DNA from: Candidatus Nomurabacteria bacterium
Lineage (GTDB): Bacteria; Patescibacteriota; Minisyncoccia; Phycocordibacterales; CAIJYI01
Assembly: GCA_943356445.1 (NCBI GenBank)
Contig: CALREZ010000002.1
Span: forward strand, 1-52,472
Length of the DNA stretch: 52,472 nt
Direction: 5' to 3'
The position numbers and the translations under genes were made by a program. How positions within the stretch are numbered: position 1 is the stretch's first letter; the number at the start of each line of letters is the position of its first letter. The notes below the pieces were generated by a model. It saw only the letters and a program-made list of their open reading frames with translations. It did not search any database and was not told the origin of the DNA. Positions 27,764-35,964 of this stretch are shown here, piece by piece.

Positions 27764-29908
27764 ATGCAACCAAAAACAAAATCGCTTTTTGTCGTAAAAA
27801 GAAACGGTGAAAAAGTTGTGTTTGACAGTGAAAAGATATTTCAGGCGATATTGAAAGCGGGTATTGCGACGAATGATTTTGGAGAAAAAAAAGCGCGCGC
27901 TATTGCGGAAGGAGTTTCTCAATTTTTAAGCAAATCCAGAAAAGAAGAGCTCCCGATTGAGGAGATACAGGACGTGATTGAGTTCGCTATCATGAACGCG
28001 GGATTTTACAAGACCGCTCGCGCCTATATTACTTATCGGGATTCTCGCGCTCGAGAGAGAGATACGGAAAAAACATTTATTGAAGTAGAAAAAACCATAA
28101 CCGAGTACTTAAATAAAGCCGACTGGAGAGTCAATGCGAATGCCAATCAAGGATACTCGCTTGGCGGAATGATTTTGAACGCTTCCGGGAAAATAATTGC
28201 CAATTACTGGCTTTCTTCTGTTTATCCGAGAGAAATCGGCGAAGCGCACCGAGAAGGAGACATTCATATCCATGACCTTGATATGTTTTCCGGTTATTGC
28301 GCCGGCTGGAGCCTGCGGGCTCTTATAGAAGAAGGCTTTAACGGTGTGCCGGGAAAAGTTGAATCCGATCCGCCGAAACATTTGGAGACGGTTGTGGCGC
28401 AGATGGTGAATTTCTTGGGAACGCTTCAGAATGAGTGGGCTGGCGCGCAGGCATTTTCTTCTTTTGACACCTATATGGCCCCGTTTGTAAGAAAAGACAA
28501 TTTGAATTACAAAGAAGTAAAACAATCAGTACAGCAATTCGTCTTTAATCTGAACGTTCCGTCACGGTGGGGAACACAGACCCCTTTCACCAACATTACG
28601 CTTGATTGGGTTTGTCCGGAAGATATGAAGAAAAAACAGCCGATTATCGGCGGAGAGATCATGAATTTTACCTATGGAGACTGCCAGAAAGAAATGGATA
28701 TGGTCAACAAGGCCTTTATTGAAGTAATGACTTCCGGCGACAGAAACGGACGCGTCTTTACTTTTCCGATTCCGACCTACAACATTACCAGGGATTTTGA
28801 CTGGGACAATGAAAATGCGCAGGCTTTGTTTGAAATGGCGGCAAAGTTCGGCACCCCGTATTTCCAAAACTTTTTGAACTCATCTTTAAAACCAAGCGAT
28901 GTACGCAGTATGTGCTGCCGTCTCCAGTTGGATCTTCGCGAGCTTCGCGCCAGAGGAGGAGGTCTCTTCGGTTCTGCCGAAATGACCGGCTCTATCGGCG
29001 TTGTTACCGTCAATCTTCCGAGAATCGGCTATATTTCCGACACAAAAGAACAATTCTTCGCTCGTCTTGGAAAACTCATGGATCTGGCAAAAAATTCTTT
29101 GGAACTGAAAAGAAAAGTGGTAGGCGATAATATAGAAAGAGGATTGTTGCCATATACAAAAAGATATTTGCCGAGTTTGCACGCGCATTTCAGCACCATC
29201 GGTTTGAATGGAATGAATGAAGCGGTACGAAATTTTCTTGGGAAAGATATAGACATTTCATCCAAAGAGGGAAGAGAATTCGCTCTTGAAATTTTGAATT
29301 TTATGCGCGACCGTCTTGCCGACTACCAAGAGGAAACGGGAAATATGTACAACCTTGAAGCAACGCCGGCAGAAGGAACCACTTATCGTTTCGCAAAAGA
29401 AGATCAGAAGCGTTTTCCCGGAATTCTTCAAGCGGGAACGAGAGAAGCGCCGTATTACACCAACTCTTCACATCTTCATGTCGGACACACCGATAACCCT
29501 CTTGATGCGTTGGATCACCAAGATGAATTGCAGACCAAATATACCGGAGGTACGGTTCTTCATCTGTTCTTGGGAGAAAGGCTTCGTGATTGGAAGACGG
29601 CAAGAAATTTTGTGAAAAAAGTCGCCGAAAATTATCGTTTGCCGTACTTTACGCTTACTCCGACATTCTCTGTTTGCCCGACTCACGGTTATCTGAATGG
29701 TGAAGTGCCGAAATGTCCGACCTGTGACGCCGAATGCGAGGTTTGGTCGCGCATCATGGGATATCATCGTCCGGTTTCACAATGGAATCATGGAAAGAAA
29801 AGCGAATATGCAGAAAGAAAAGAGTATATTCCTCCGATGGTAACGCATAAAACAGAAGATTGTTTGCCAAAAGCGGTAAAAGGTAAGAAAGCCGAAATGG
29901 TCAAGTAA
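27764..29908 (+). CDS. nrdD: Anaerobic (class III) ribonucleoside-triphosphate reductase with ATP cone
   Basis: VVKRNG ATP cone, HIHDL, SMCCRL, ATPAEG, CPTH..CPTC zinc site, SRIMGYHRP glycyl-radical loop. Confidence 0.95.
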   Translation: MQPKTKSLFVVKRNGEKVVFDSEKIFQAILKAGIATNDFGEKKARAIAEGVSQFLSKSRKEELPIEEIQDVIEFAIMNAGFYKTARAYITYRDSRARERDTEKTFIEVEKTITEYLNKADWRVNANANQGYSLGGMILNASGKIIANYWLSSVYPREIGEAHREGDIHIHDLDMFSGYCAGWSLRALIEEGFNGVPGKVESDPPKHLETVVAQMVNFLGTLQNEWAGAQAFSSFDTYMAPFVRKDNLNYKEVKQSVQQFVFNLNVPSRWGTQTPFTNITLDWVCPEDMKKKQPIIGGEIMNFTYGDCQKEMDMVNKAFIEVMTSGDRNGRVFTFPIPTYNITRDFDWDNENAQALFEMAAKFGTPYFQNFLNSSLKPSDVRSMCCRLQLDLRELRARGGGLFGSAEMTGSIGVVTVNLPRIGYISDTKEQFFARLGKLMDLAKNSLELKRKVVGDNIERGLLPYTKRYLPSLHAHFSTIGLNGMNEAVRNFLGKDIDISSKEGREFALEILNFMRDRLADYQEETGNMYNLEATPAEGTTYRFAKEDQKRFPGILQAGTREAPYYTNSSHLHVGHTDNPLDALDHQDELQTKYTGGTVLHLFLGERLRDWKTARNFVKKVAENYRLPYFTLTPTFSVCPTHGYLNGEVPKCPTCDAECEVWSRIMGYHRPVSQWNHGKKSEYAERKEYIPPMVTHKTEDCLPKAVKGKKAEMVK

Positions 29909-29994
29909 TAAAGCTTTTAGGCGTTAGGTTTCAGTTTTAACGACTATTATAAAAAATAACCGCCCTGACATTTGTCGGGGCGGTTTTGTTTTTT

Positions 29995-30426
29995 CTAGAG
30001 CAAGAGGTTCGCTAAAAATATAGCTACGTTCGCGGTGTGAAACTGCTGTTCTTGTGTTGTGTGTTCAAGATCTTTTTCTTCAAACCAACCGCCTTGATCA
30101 AGTACTTTTTTAAGAAAAACACTTACAGACGGATATCTATTGTCATTACTTTTTACGGTGATTGGTTCACATGATTCACAACAGATACATCTTGGAGGAT
30201 CTTTGACGGGAACCGCTCCTGAAACACGCATATGAATCAAAAGAACCTGTGTAAAGACCACTTTCACGGGGGATTCGTAATGACTATCCCCAAGAATTGT
30301 TTCTGATGACATAAGATCTTCTGATTCGTCTGTCAGGAAACTTTCGTAAAGGGTACGATATTGTTCCAGAGTAAGGTACGGTATTTTTTTTGGCACTGCT
30401 TTCTCCTGTTGGTAAAGTCCGTTCAC
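29995..30426 (-). CDS. Hypothetical protein inserted antisense between nrdD and nrdG
   Basis: 143 aa; CICCESC motif; own TTGACA-type promoter upstream. Confidence 0.55.
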   Translation of the reverse strand: MNGLYQQEKAVPKKIPYLTLEQYRTLYESFLTDESEDLMSSETILGDSHYESPVKVVFTQVLLIHMRVSGAVPVKDPPRCICCESCEPITVKSNDNRYPSVSVFLKKVLDQGGWFEEKDLEHTTQEQQFHTANVAIFLANLLL

Positions 30427-30491
30427 TACTTTATATCATAAAATATGTTTTGTCAATAAAAGAAAATCCGTTATTCGGGTATACTGTTCTT

Positions 30492-31184
30492 ATGCTTATC
30501 GGAGGATTTCAAAAATTAACGCTTCTGGATTATCCGGAAAAAACCGCCGCGATGATATTTACGCGCGGATGCACTTTTTTATGCCCGTTTTGTCATAACC
30601 CCGAACTTATTTACGTCGATCAGGATACGGAAAATATCTCAGAGGAAGAGGTTTTGGATTACTTGAGAAAAAAGAAGAAAATGATAGACGGATTGGTAAT
30701 CACCGGCGGAGAACCGACTATCCATAAAGACTTGGGTGATTTTATCAAAAAAGTTCGCGATATCGGCATGGTGGTGAAACTGGATACGAATGGAACTTCC
30801 CCCGAAATCGTGGAAAGGTTTCTCAAAGAAAAGATCGTAGACTACTTCGCCATGGATATGAAACATTCATGGGAGAAATATAATCTGATTGGAAGGTCAA
30901 AAAAAGAGGGGATGATAGACGATGTGAAAAAAACTTTCTCGCTTATCCAGAATTCCGGCCTGCCCCACGAGTTTCGTACCACTGTTTTTCCCGGGTGCCA
31001 CAGTGAAGAAGACTTTTTCACGATGGCGGGATATTTATTGCCGGGTGAAACCTATTTTCTGCAAAATATACGGTATGGGAAAACTTTGGAAAAGAATTTG
31101 GATGAAAGCAAGAAATTGAATGTTTCGCGCATCGTTTCCGGATTGAAAGAAAAGTTTCCGAGACTTATAATAGAAGAGAGATAA
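30492..31184 (+). CDS. nrdG: Class III RNR activating radical SAM enzyme
   Basis: GCTFLCPFCHNP, ITGGEPT, KLDTNG, EFRTT. Confidence 0.92.
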   Translation: MLIGGFQKLTLLDYPEKTAAMIFTRGCTFLCPFCHNPELIYVDQDTENISEEEVLDYLRKKKKMIDGLVITGGEPTIHKDLGDFIKKVRDIGMVVKLDTNGTSPEIVERFLKEKIVDYFAMDMKHSWEKYNLIGRSKKEGMIDDVKKTFSLIQNSGLPHEFRTTVFPGCHSEEDFFTMAGYLLPGETYFLQNIRYGKTLEKNLDESKKLNVSRIVSGLKEKFPRLIIEER

Positions 31185-31216
31185 TAAATAAATTATTAAA
31201 TTAAACCTATAAATAT

Positions 31217-31480
31217 ATGATGGGATATTATGATTATGGTTATGAACCTCGTTTCAATGGATTTGGAATGATTATTGCCATTCTTTGTTGGGTCGCGGTT
31301 ATTTCATTCGTTGTCTTTCTTGTGAAACGATTCGGAATGTGCCACGGACGGCATTGTGGGCATATGGGTATGGGAGGGTTTCATGGAAATTCAGCCATGG
31401 ATATTTTGAAAGAACGGTACGCTAAAGGAGAAATTGACAAGAAAGAGTTTGAATCAATGAAAAAAGACCTGGAGGATTAG
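31217..31480 (+). CDS. SHOCT-domain small membrane protein
   Basis: TM helix plus AMDILKERYAKGEIDKKEFE. Confidence 0.85.
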   Translation: MMGYYDYGYEPRFNGFGMIIAILCWVAVISFVVFLVKRFGMCHGRHCGHMGMGGFHGNSAMDILKERYAKGEIDKKEFESMKKDLED

Positions 31481-31497
31481 TTTCACAAAAATAATAT

Positions 31498-31697
31498 CAT
31501 TTCTAAAAAACTCATTAATGCTTAAGAAATCGCGGACAAAGGTCTTTCCTTAAGGAGGAGTGCAGCGAAGCGTAACGACAGGGAAAGGAGCACCACAAGA
31601 GTATTTCCATTTTTATAGTCGCTCCACTCCTTAAAAATTAGGTCAGACCTTGGGTAGCGATTTCGGTTAGTAGAAGTAAAATAGTTTTTTAGAAATG
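31498..31697. mobile_element. MITE-like 200-bp element with nested inverted repeats
   Basis: Perfect 15-bp IR CATTTCTAAAAAACT / AGTTTTTTAGAAATG; inner IR TTAAGGAGGAGTGCAGCGA / TCGCTCCACTCCTTAA. Confidence 0.5.
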
Positions 31698-31745
31698 GTA
31701 TAACAAACAAAAAACCGATGTTTTCATCGGTTTTTTGTTTTTCTG

Positions 31746-31816
31746 TGCGGGTACGGAGAATCGAACTCCGGTATGCACTTTGGAAGAGTGCCATTCTACC
31801 ATTAAATTATACCCGC
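31746..31816 (-). tRNA. tRNA-Gly(TCC)
   Basis: Reverse complement GCGGGTA...GCACT-CTTCCAA-AGTGC...TACCCGCA. Confidence 0.93.
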
Positions 31817-31850
31817 CTCCGTTGAAGCTATGGCGGGCGAAGCCCGCTTT
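31817..31850 (-). repeat. Left inverted repeat / tRNA leader
   Basis: Reverse complement AAAGCGGGCTTCGCCCGCCATAGCTTCAACGGAG, 32/34 identical to 32366-32399. Confidence 0.85.
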
Positions 31851-31920
31851 GCAAAGTTGAGTACTTGGATAATATACCAAAACGTATGACTTTTTGCAAA
31901 TCTTATGCTACTATTGGTGT

Positions 31921-32139
31921 ATGAAAAATAATTTTACGGCTGTATATAAAAAAACAGGAAGATGGTATTCCGCATGGATAGAGGAGATTTCCGGAATAAA
32001 TACCCAAGGGAAAACATTGACTGAGGCTCGAGAAAACCTGAAAGATGCCATTCTTCTTACTATTGAAGCGAATAGATATGCCAATCAACCGAAGAAAAAT
32101 GAAAAGGTAAGGAAAGAGCAAATTGCCATCTTGGTTTAG
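31921..32139 (+). CDS. hicB: HicB antitoxin (short, no DNA-binding domain)
   Basis: WYSAWIEEISGINTQGKTLTEARENLKDAI. Confidence 0.88.
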   Translation: MKNNFTAVYKKTGRWYSAWIEEISGINTQGKTLTEARENLKDAILLTIEANRYANQPKKNEKVRKEQIAILV

Positions 32140-32140
32140 C

Positions 32141-32323
32141 ATGAAACGAGTTGATTTCATAAAGTTTTTGAAAGAAAATAACTGTACTTTAGAAAGAGAA
32201 GGAGCGAAACATAGCTTATTTTTCAATAAAATGACAAGAAAATCTTCTACTGTACCACGGCATGCAGAAATAAACGATTTTCTTTGTAAGAAAATCTCAC
32301 GAGATTTGGGAATAAAATTTTAG
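32141..32323 (+). CDS. hicA: HicA toxin
   Basis: REGAKHSLF...STVPRHAEI. Confidence 0.88.
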   Translation: MKRVDFIKFLKENNCTLEREGAKHSLFFNKMTRKSSTVPRHAEINDFLCKKISRDLGIKF

Positions 32324-32365
32324 TTTCCAAAAAACGAAATTTCTGATAGAGTATAAAACAAAGAG

Positions 32366-32399
32366 AAAGCGGGCTTCGCCCGCCATAGCTTCAGTGGAG
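32366..32399 (+). repeat. Right inverted repeat / tRNA leader
   Basis: AAAGCGGGCTTCGCCCGCCATAGCTTCAGTGGAG immediately before tRNA-Pro. Confidence 0.85.
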
Positions 32400-32400
32400 G

Positions 32401-32474
32401 CGGGCTGTAGTATACCGGTAGTACGTGTCCATGGGGTGGATATAGACCGGGTTCGATTCCCGGCAGCCCGACCA
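32401..32474 (+). tRNA. tRNA-Pro(GGG)
   Basis: CGGGCTG...TGTCC-ATGGGGT-GGATA...GTTCGATT...CAGCCCGACCA. Confidence 0.92.
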
Positions 32475-32475
32475 A

Positions 32476-32524
32476 ACAAAAACCAGTCAAAGTTCGCATA
32501 TGCGAACTTTGACTGGTTTTTGTT
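32476..32524 (+). terminator. Long perfect hairpin after tRNA-Pro
   Basis: ACAAAAACCAGTCAAAGTTCGCATATGCGAACTTTGACTGGTTTTTGT. Confidence 0.75.
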
Positions 32525-32555
32525 TGTTGCGGGTCTTTTTGTTATACTGGTTCAT

Positions 32556-33764
32556 ATGAAAGAAAACTTTGAAGAATCGCTTTTACAAACAAACGAAGAA
32601 ATTAAAAAATATAAAACAGCTGAAACCGATACTGAAAAAGAGAGTATTTTGAAAGAGATGGAAAGAATGGAAAAAGAGTATGTTCGCGATGACATCTGGA
32701 GCCGGGAAACCAGTAAAGAGGTCGTTTCCTTACAGATGAAAAAACACAAAGTAATGGAGGAACTTCATGAAAAGATCCAAGCGCTTGAAAAAGGAGAGGC
32801 TGTTTCCGGCTTTACAGAAGGCGAGCCGCGATCTGTTGAGTGGAATAAGGCGGGTCATCGCGCAATGGTGGCGCTTCCTTCTGGCAAGCGAGCTCCAGCT
32901 ACTGTCGGGGAGTTGGTGACCGATGGAGAGTGGGGAATCGCTTATACTCTCGGGAAAGACATCCCGAAAGACATTAAAAAACGTTTTGTTGTCGCGGAAG
33001 CGCGCCGAAAAATCCTTGCGCTTGCCGACGAACAGATAATAGAAACCGAAAGAGTAAAAAAGAAAACAACAAACACTTCCTACCGAAACATTTTTGAAGA
33101 TGTTGATAAAGAAAAGAAAACCGGTTTTATCGCGGAGAAGTTGGTAAAAACTTTTTTCCAAAAAAATATTATTGACCATGAACTCAAAATCCGTATGGAA
33201 GAAGTCGATGTACAGAGAGACGTTGACCAGAAAATAGATTTTATTCTTCGTCTTCCACACCACACAAGAGGTGTTGGGACAGAAAGTTCCAGAGATAAAG
33301 AAAATATTGGAATACAATTGACTATTGATAATAGAGTAAGCGCTCAAGAAAGAAAAAATAGGCAGATAACAGAAGCAAAAAAACATTTAGGAGAAGATGT
33401 TGACGATATTGTTCTCGTCACTTTGCCATTAACCGAATTAAGTTTATTGGTTCACCAGTGGAAGGAAGATGAAATGCGCCCGGGCGGACCGATAAAAAGA
33501 TGGGATGATTCAAGAAAAGAACAGGTATTCCGCGGAGTTTTACAGGGACTTTTTTCAGAGAATGAAATCACTGGTATGTGGGAAAGTGTCTTAGGTGAAA
33601 CACCGGAGGTTATACGTGCGAACCACGAGGAATTTGTTGCTAAATCAGAAGAAAGATTGGCAGTTGCTCAAAAAACAGAACCAAAACTTCCCGACGAAGG
33701 GGGGCAAGAGAATCTGGATAAATTTGCGAATAAATACGGCAAGTGGTTTGGGAAGAAAAAGTAG
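32556..33764 (+). CDS. Hypothetical protein with possible PD-(D/E)XK-like domain
   Basis: GFIAEKLV...DVDQKIDFIL...IGIQLT pattern. Confidence 0.7.
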   Translation: MKENFEESLLQTNEEIKKYKTAETDTEKESILKEMERMEKEYVRDDIWSRETSKEVVSLQMKKHKVMEELHEKIQALEKGEAVSGFTEGEPRSVEWNKAGHRAMVALPSGKRAPATVGELVTDGEWGIAYTLGKDIPKDIKKRFVVAEARRKILALADEQIIETERVKKKTTNTSYRNIFEDVDKEKKTGFIAEKLVKTFFQKNIIDHELKIRMEEVDVQRDVDQKIDFILRLPHHTRGVGTESSRDKENIGIQLTIDNRVSAQERKNRQITEAKKHLGEDVDDIVLVTLPLTELSLLVHQWKEDEMRPGGPIKRWDDSRKEQVFRGVLQGLFSENEITGMWESVLGETPEVIRANHEEFVAKSEERLAVAQKTEPKLPDEGGQENLDKFANKYGKWFGKKK

Positions 33765-33813
33765 TATTTTGCGGTGATATTTGATATAACATACAAATAA
33801 CACCGCAAAACAA

Positions 33814-33898
33814 GCCCGGGTGGCGAAATTGGTAGACGCGTACGCTTCAGGTGCGTATGTCGCAAGACATGGAGGTTCAAGTCCTCTCCCGGGCACCA
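33814..33898 (+). tRNA. tRNA-Leu(CAG)
   Basis: GCCCGGG...TACGC-TTCAGGT-GCGTA, long variable arm, ends ACCA. Confidence 0.95.
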
Positions 33899-34073
33899 TA
33901 AAAAAAGACCTTTTCGTTTGGTCTTTTTTTATGGTGCCCGGGAAGAAAGTGAACTGCTTCACTTTCGGGAGGACTTGAAGCCTTTCTCCTGTATTTGTGA
34001 ACGGCGAGGCCGCCGTGAACAAATAGGAAAAGGGTACTGCGGCAGTAAGCCGAAAGATTCCTCTCCCGGGCAC
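33899..34073. repeat. tRNA-Leu 3'-end-derived structured repeat
   Basis: Antisense copy TGGTGCCCGGGA...GAGGACTTGAA at 33932-33979 and direct copy TCCTCTCCCGGGCAC at 34059-34073. Confidence 0.75.
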
Positions 34074-34164
34074 AAAAAATCATCCGCTTCTGCGGATTTT
34101 TTGTGTATTTCTTGTTGTTTTGTCAATGTAACCCTCTTTTTGTTTTTCGGTTATACTATTTATA

Positions 34165-35298
34165 ATGAATAACAAAACTCAACCGGTGAAACTCCGTACC
34201 TGGATAGAAATAGACAAGCGGGCGGCGGCTCAAAACTATAAGGTTTTTCGGAGTATTCTGAAACCGAAAACGAAACTGATGGCCGTTGTGAAATCCAATG
34301 CCTACGGGAATGAACTTATCGGTTTTTCCAAAATGCAGGATCAGTTCGGAGCTGACGCTTTCGGAGTGGACTCTATTACCGAGGGGTTGGCGCTTCGGGA
34401 AGCGGGAATAGTGAAACCGATTTTGGTTTTGGGTTATACTATTCACGAAAATGTCCACATTGCTTCAGAAAAGAATATCAGCATTACACTTTCTAATTTT
34501 GAGGCACTTTCTTTGTTGGTAAAAGAAAAAATACCGATTACGGTTCACATAAAAATTGATAGCGGTATGCATCGGCAGGGATTCTTCCTGAAAGATGTAA
34601 AAAAACTCGCCGATATTCTTTTGAAGAATAAACACATTACGGTAGAAGGAATGTATACCCATTTTGCCAATGCGAAAAATCCGAGCTTTACCGCTGATAC
34701 CGACAAACAAGCGATGGAATTCAAACAAGCCACGGATATTTTTGAAAAAGCTGGTTTCCGTTTTATAAAACACGCGAGCGCGACATCAGGCGCTTTGCTT
34801 TTTCCGGAGTATCACTTTGATATGGTTCGCATCGGTATCGGTTTGTCTGGTTTATGGCCGGCAAAGGAAGTGGAGAGGGCGCTGGAGAAAAAAATAAAAC
34901 TGACCCCGATACTTTCTTGGAAAACGGTCGTTGCGGAGACGAAAACAATTCCGAAAGGTGATCGGATCGGTTACAACTTCACAGAAACTTTTTCCCATGA
35001 TACAGGGATCGCCATTTGTCCGATTGGTTACTGGCATGGATTTCCAAGATCTCTTTCTTCCATTGGTCATGCGCTGGTAGCAGGAAAGCGCGCAAGAGTG
35101 CTCGGTAGAGTTTCTATGGACATGATTACGGTTGACGTGAGTGATATAAAAAATATAAAAATAGGCGATGAGGTCGTTCTTATCGGAAAAATGAACAAAG
35201 AAGAAATTACTGCCGACGAATTCGCCGCTTATGCCGATACCTCAAGCTATGAGATTGTGACAAGAATCAACCCGAAAATTCAGCGAGTATTTTTATAA
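34165..35298 (+). CDS. alr: Alanine racemase
   Basis: MAVVKSNAYG, KIDSGMHRQG, YTHFA, VRIGIG, GRVSMD, YEIVT. Confidence 0.96.
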   Translation: MNNKTQPVKLRTWIEIDKRAAAQNYKVFRSILKPKTKLMAVVKSNAYGNELIGFSKMQDQFGADAFGVDSITEGLALREAGIVKPILVLGYTIHENVHIASEKNISITLSNFEALSLLVKEKIPITVHIKIDSGMHRQGFFLKDVKKLADILLKNKHITVEGMYTHFANAKNPSFTADTDKQAMEFKQATDIFEKAGFRFIKHASATSGALLFPEYHFDMVRIGIGLSGLWPAKEVERALEKKIKLTPILSWKTVVAETKTIPKGDRIGYNFTETFSHDTGIAICPIGYWHGFPRSLSSIGHALVAGKRARVLGRVSMDMITVDVSDIKNIKIGDEVVLIGKMNKEEITADEFAAYADTSSYEIVTRINPKIQRVFL

Positions 35299-35365
35299 AG
35301 TTAGTGAAAAACAAAACTCCCTCCAATGGCCATTGGAGGGAGTTTTGTTTGATGGTAAGTAAAAA

Positions 35366-35638
35366 CTATTTTACTGCGTCTTTGAGAGCCTTGGCTGCGC
35401 GGAATTTCGGAACTTTCATGGCGGCAACCTGGATCAATTCTCCTGTTTTCGGGTTTCTTGCGGTGCGAGCCTTGCGGGCTTTTACGGCGAAAATTCCGAG
35501 ACCGGCGATGGAGACATCGTCGCCTTTTTTGAGGCTTCCGATAATAGAGGAGACTACGGTTTCCACTACGTCCTCAGCCTGTTTCTTTGTGGTTCCGAGA
35601 ACTCCGTGTACCGCTTCAATTATATCTTGTTTGTTCAT
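35366..35638 (-). CDS. hup: DNA-binding protein HU
   Basis: MNKQDII...GLGIF..KARKARTARNPKTGE...PKFRAAKALKDAV. Confidence 0.96.
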   Translation of the reverse strand: MNKQDIIEAVHGVLGTTKKQAEDVVETVVSSIIGSLKKGDDVSIAGLGIFAVKARKARTARNPKTGELIQVAAMKVPKFRAAKALKDAVK

Positions 35639-35803
35639 AGTTATTATGCGTTTACTTTTAATGACGTCTACTTATACATTACGATTTTTGTATTAAGTTG
35701 ATCGACCAAATATGCTTGTATTTATTATATATTATAGAACTTTTAATGCAATAGAGCCGTGGAATGGCACAATAGTAAAATAATTTTCAATTTCATTGTT
35801 ATC

Positions 35804-35900
35804 TCCAGACGGGGTCTCTGACCCCGTCTGGAACGTTTTAGCTTTTGAAAATTTCATTGCTTTCTCTAAATATCATGGACGGGGGTCAGAGACACCGTCC
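35804..35900. repeat. Pair of inverted REP-like palindromes
   Basis: TCCAGACGGGGTCTCTGACCCCGTCTGGA (35804-35832) and GGACGGGGGTCAGAGACACCGTCC (35877-35900). Confidence 0.65.
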
Positions 35901-35916
35901 GGTCACGAGGAAAACG

Positions 35917-35955
35917 AAAACTAGCCCTTTTCTTTTCAGAAAAGGGCTAGTTTTA
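35917..35955 (-). terminator. rny terminator
   Basis: AAAACTAGCCCTTTTC...GAAAAGGGCTAGTTTT. Confidence 0.75.
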
Positions 35956-35964
35956 TAGGTTTTT

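Noticed and set aside
32394-32555. N-terminal extension of the tracked ORF (same issue at 23712-23837)
   Set aside because: Overlaps a tRNA and its terminator, so the downstream ATG was used.
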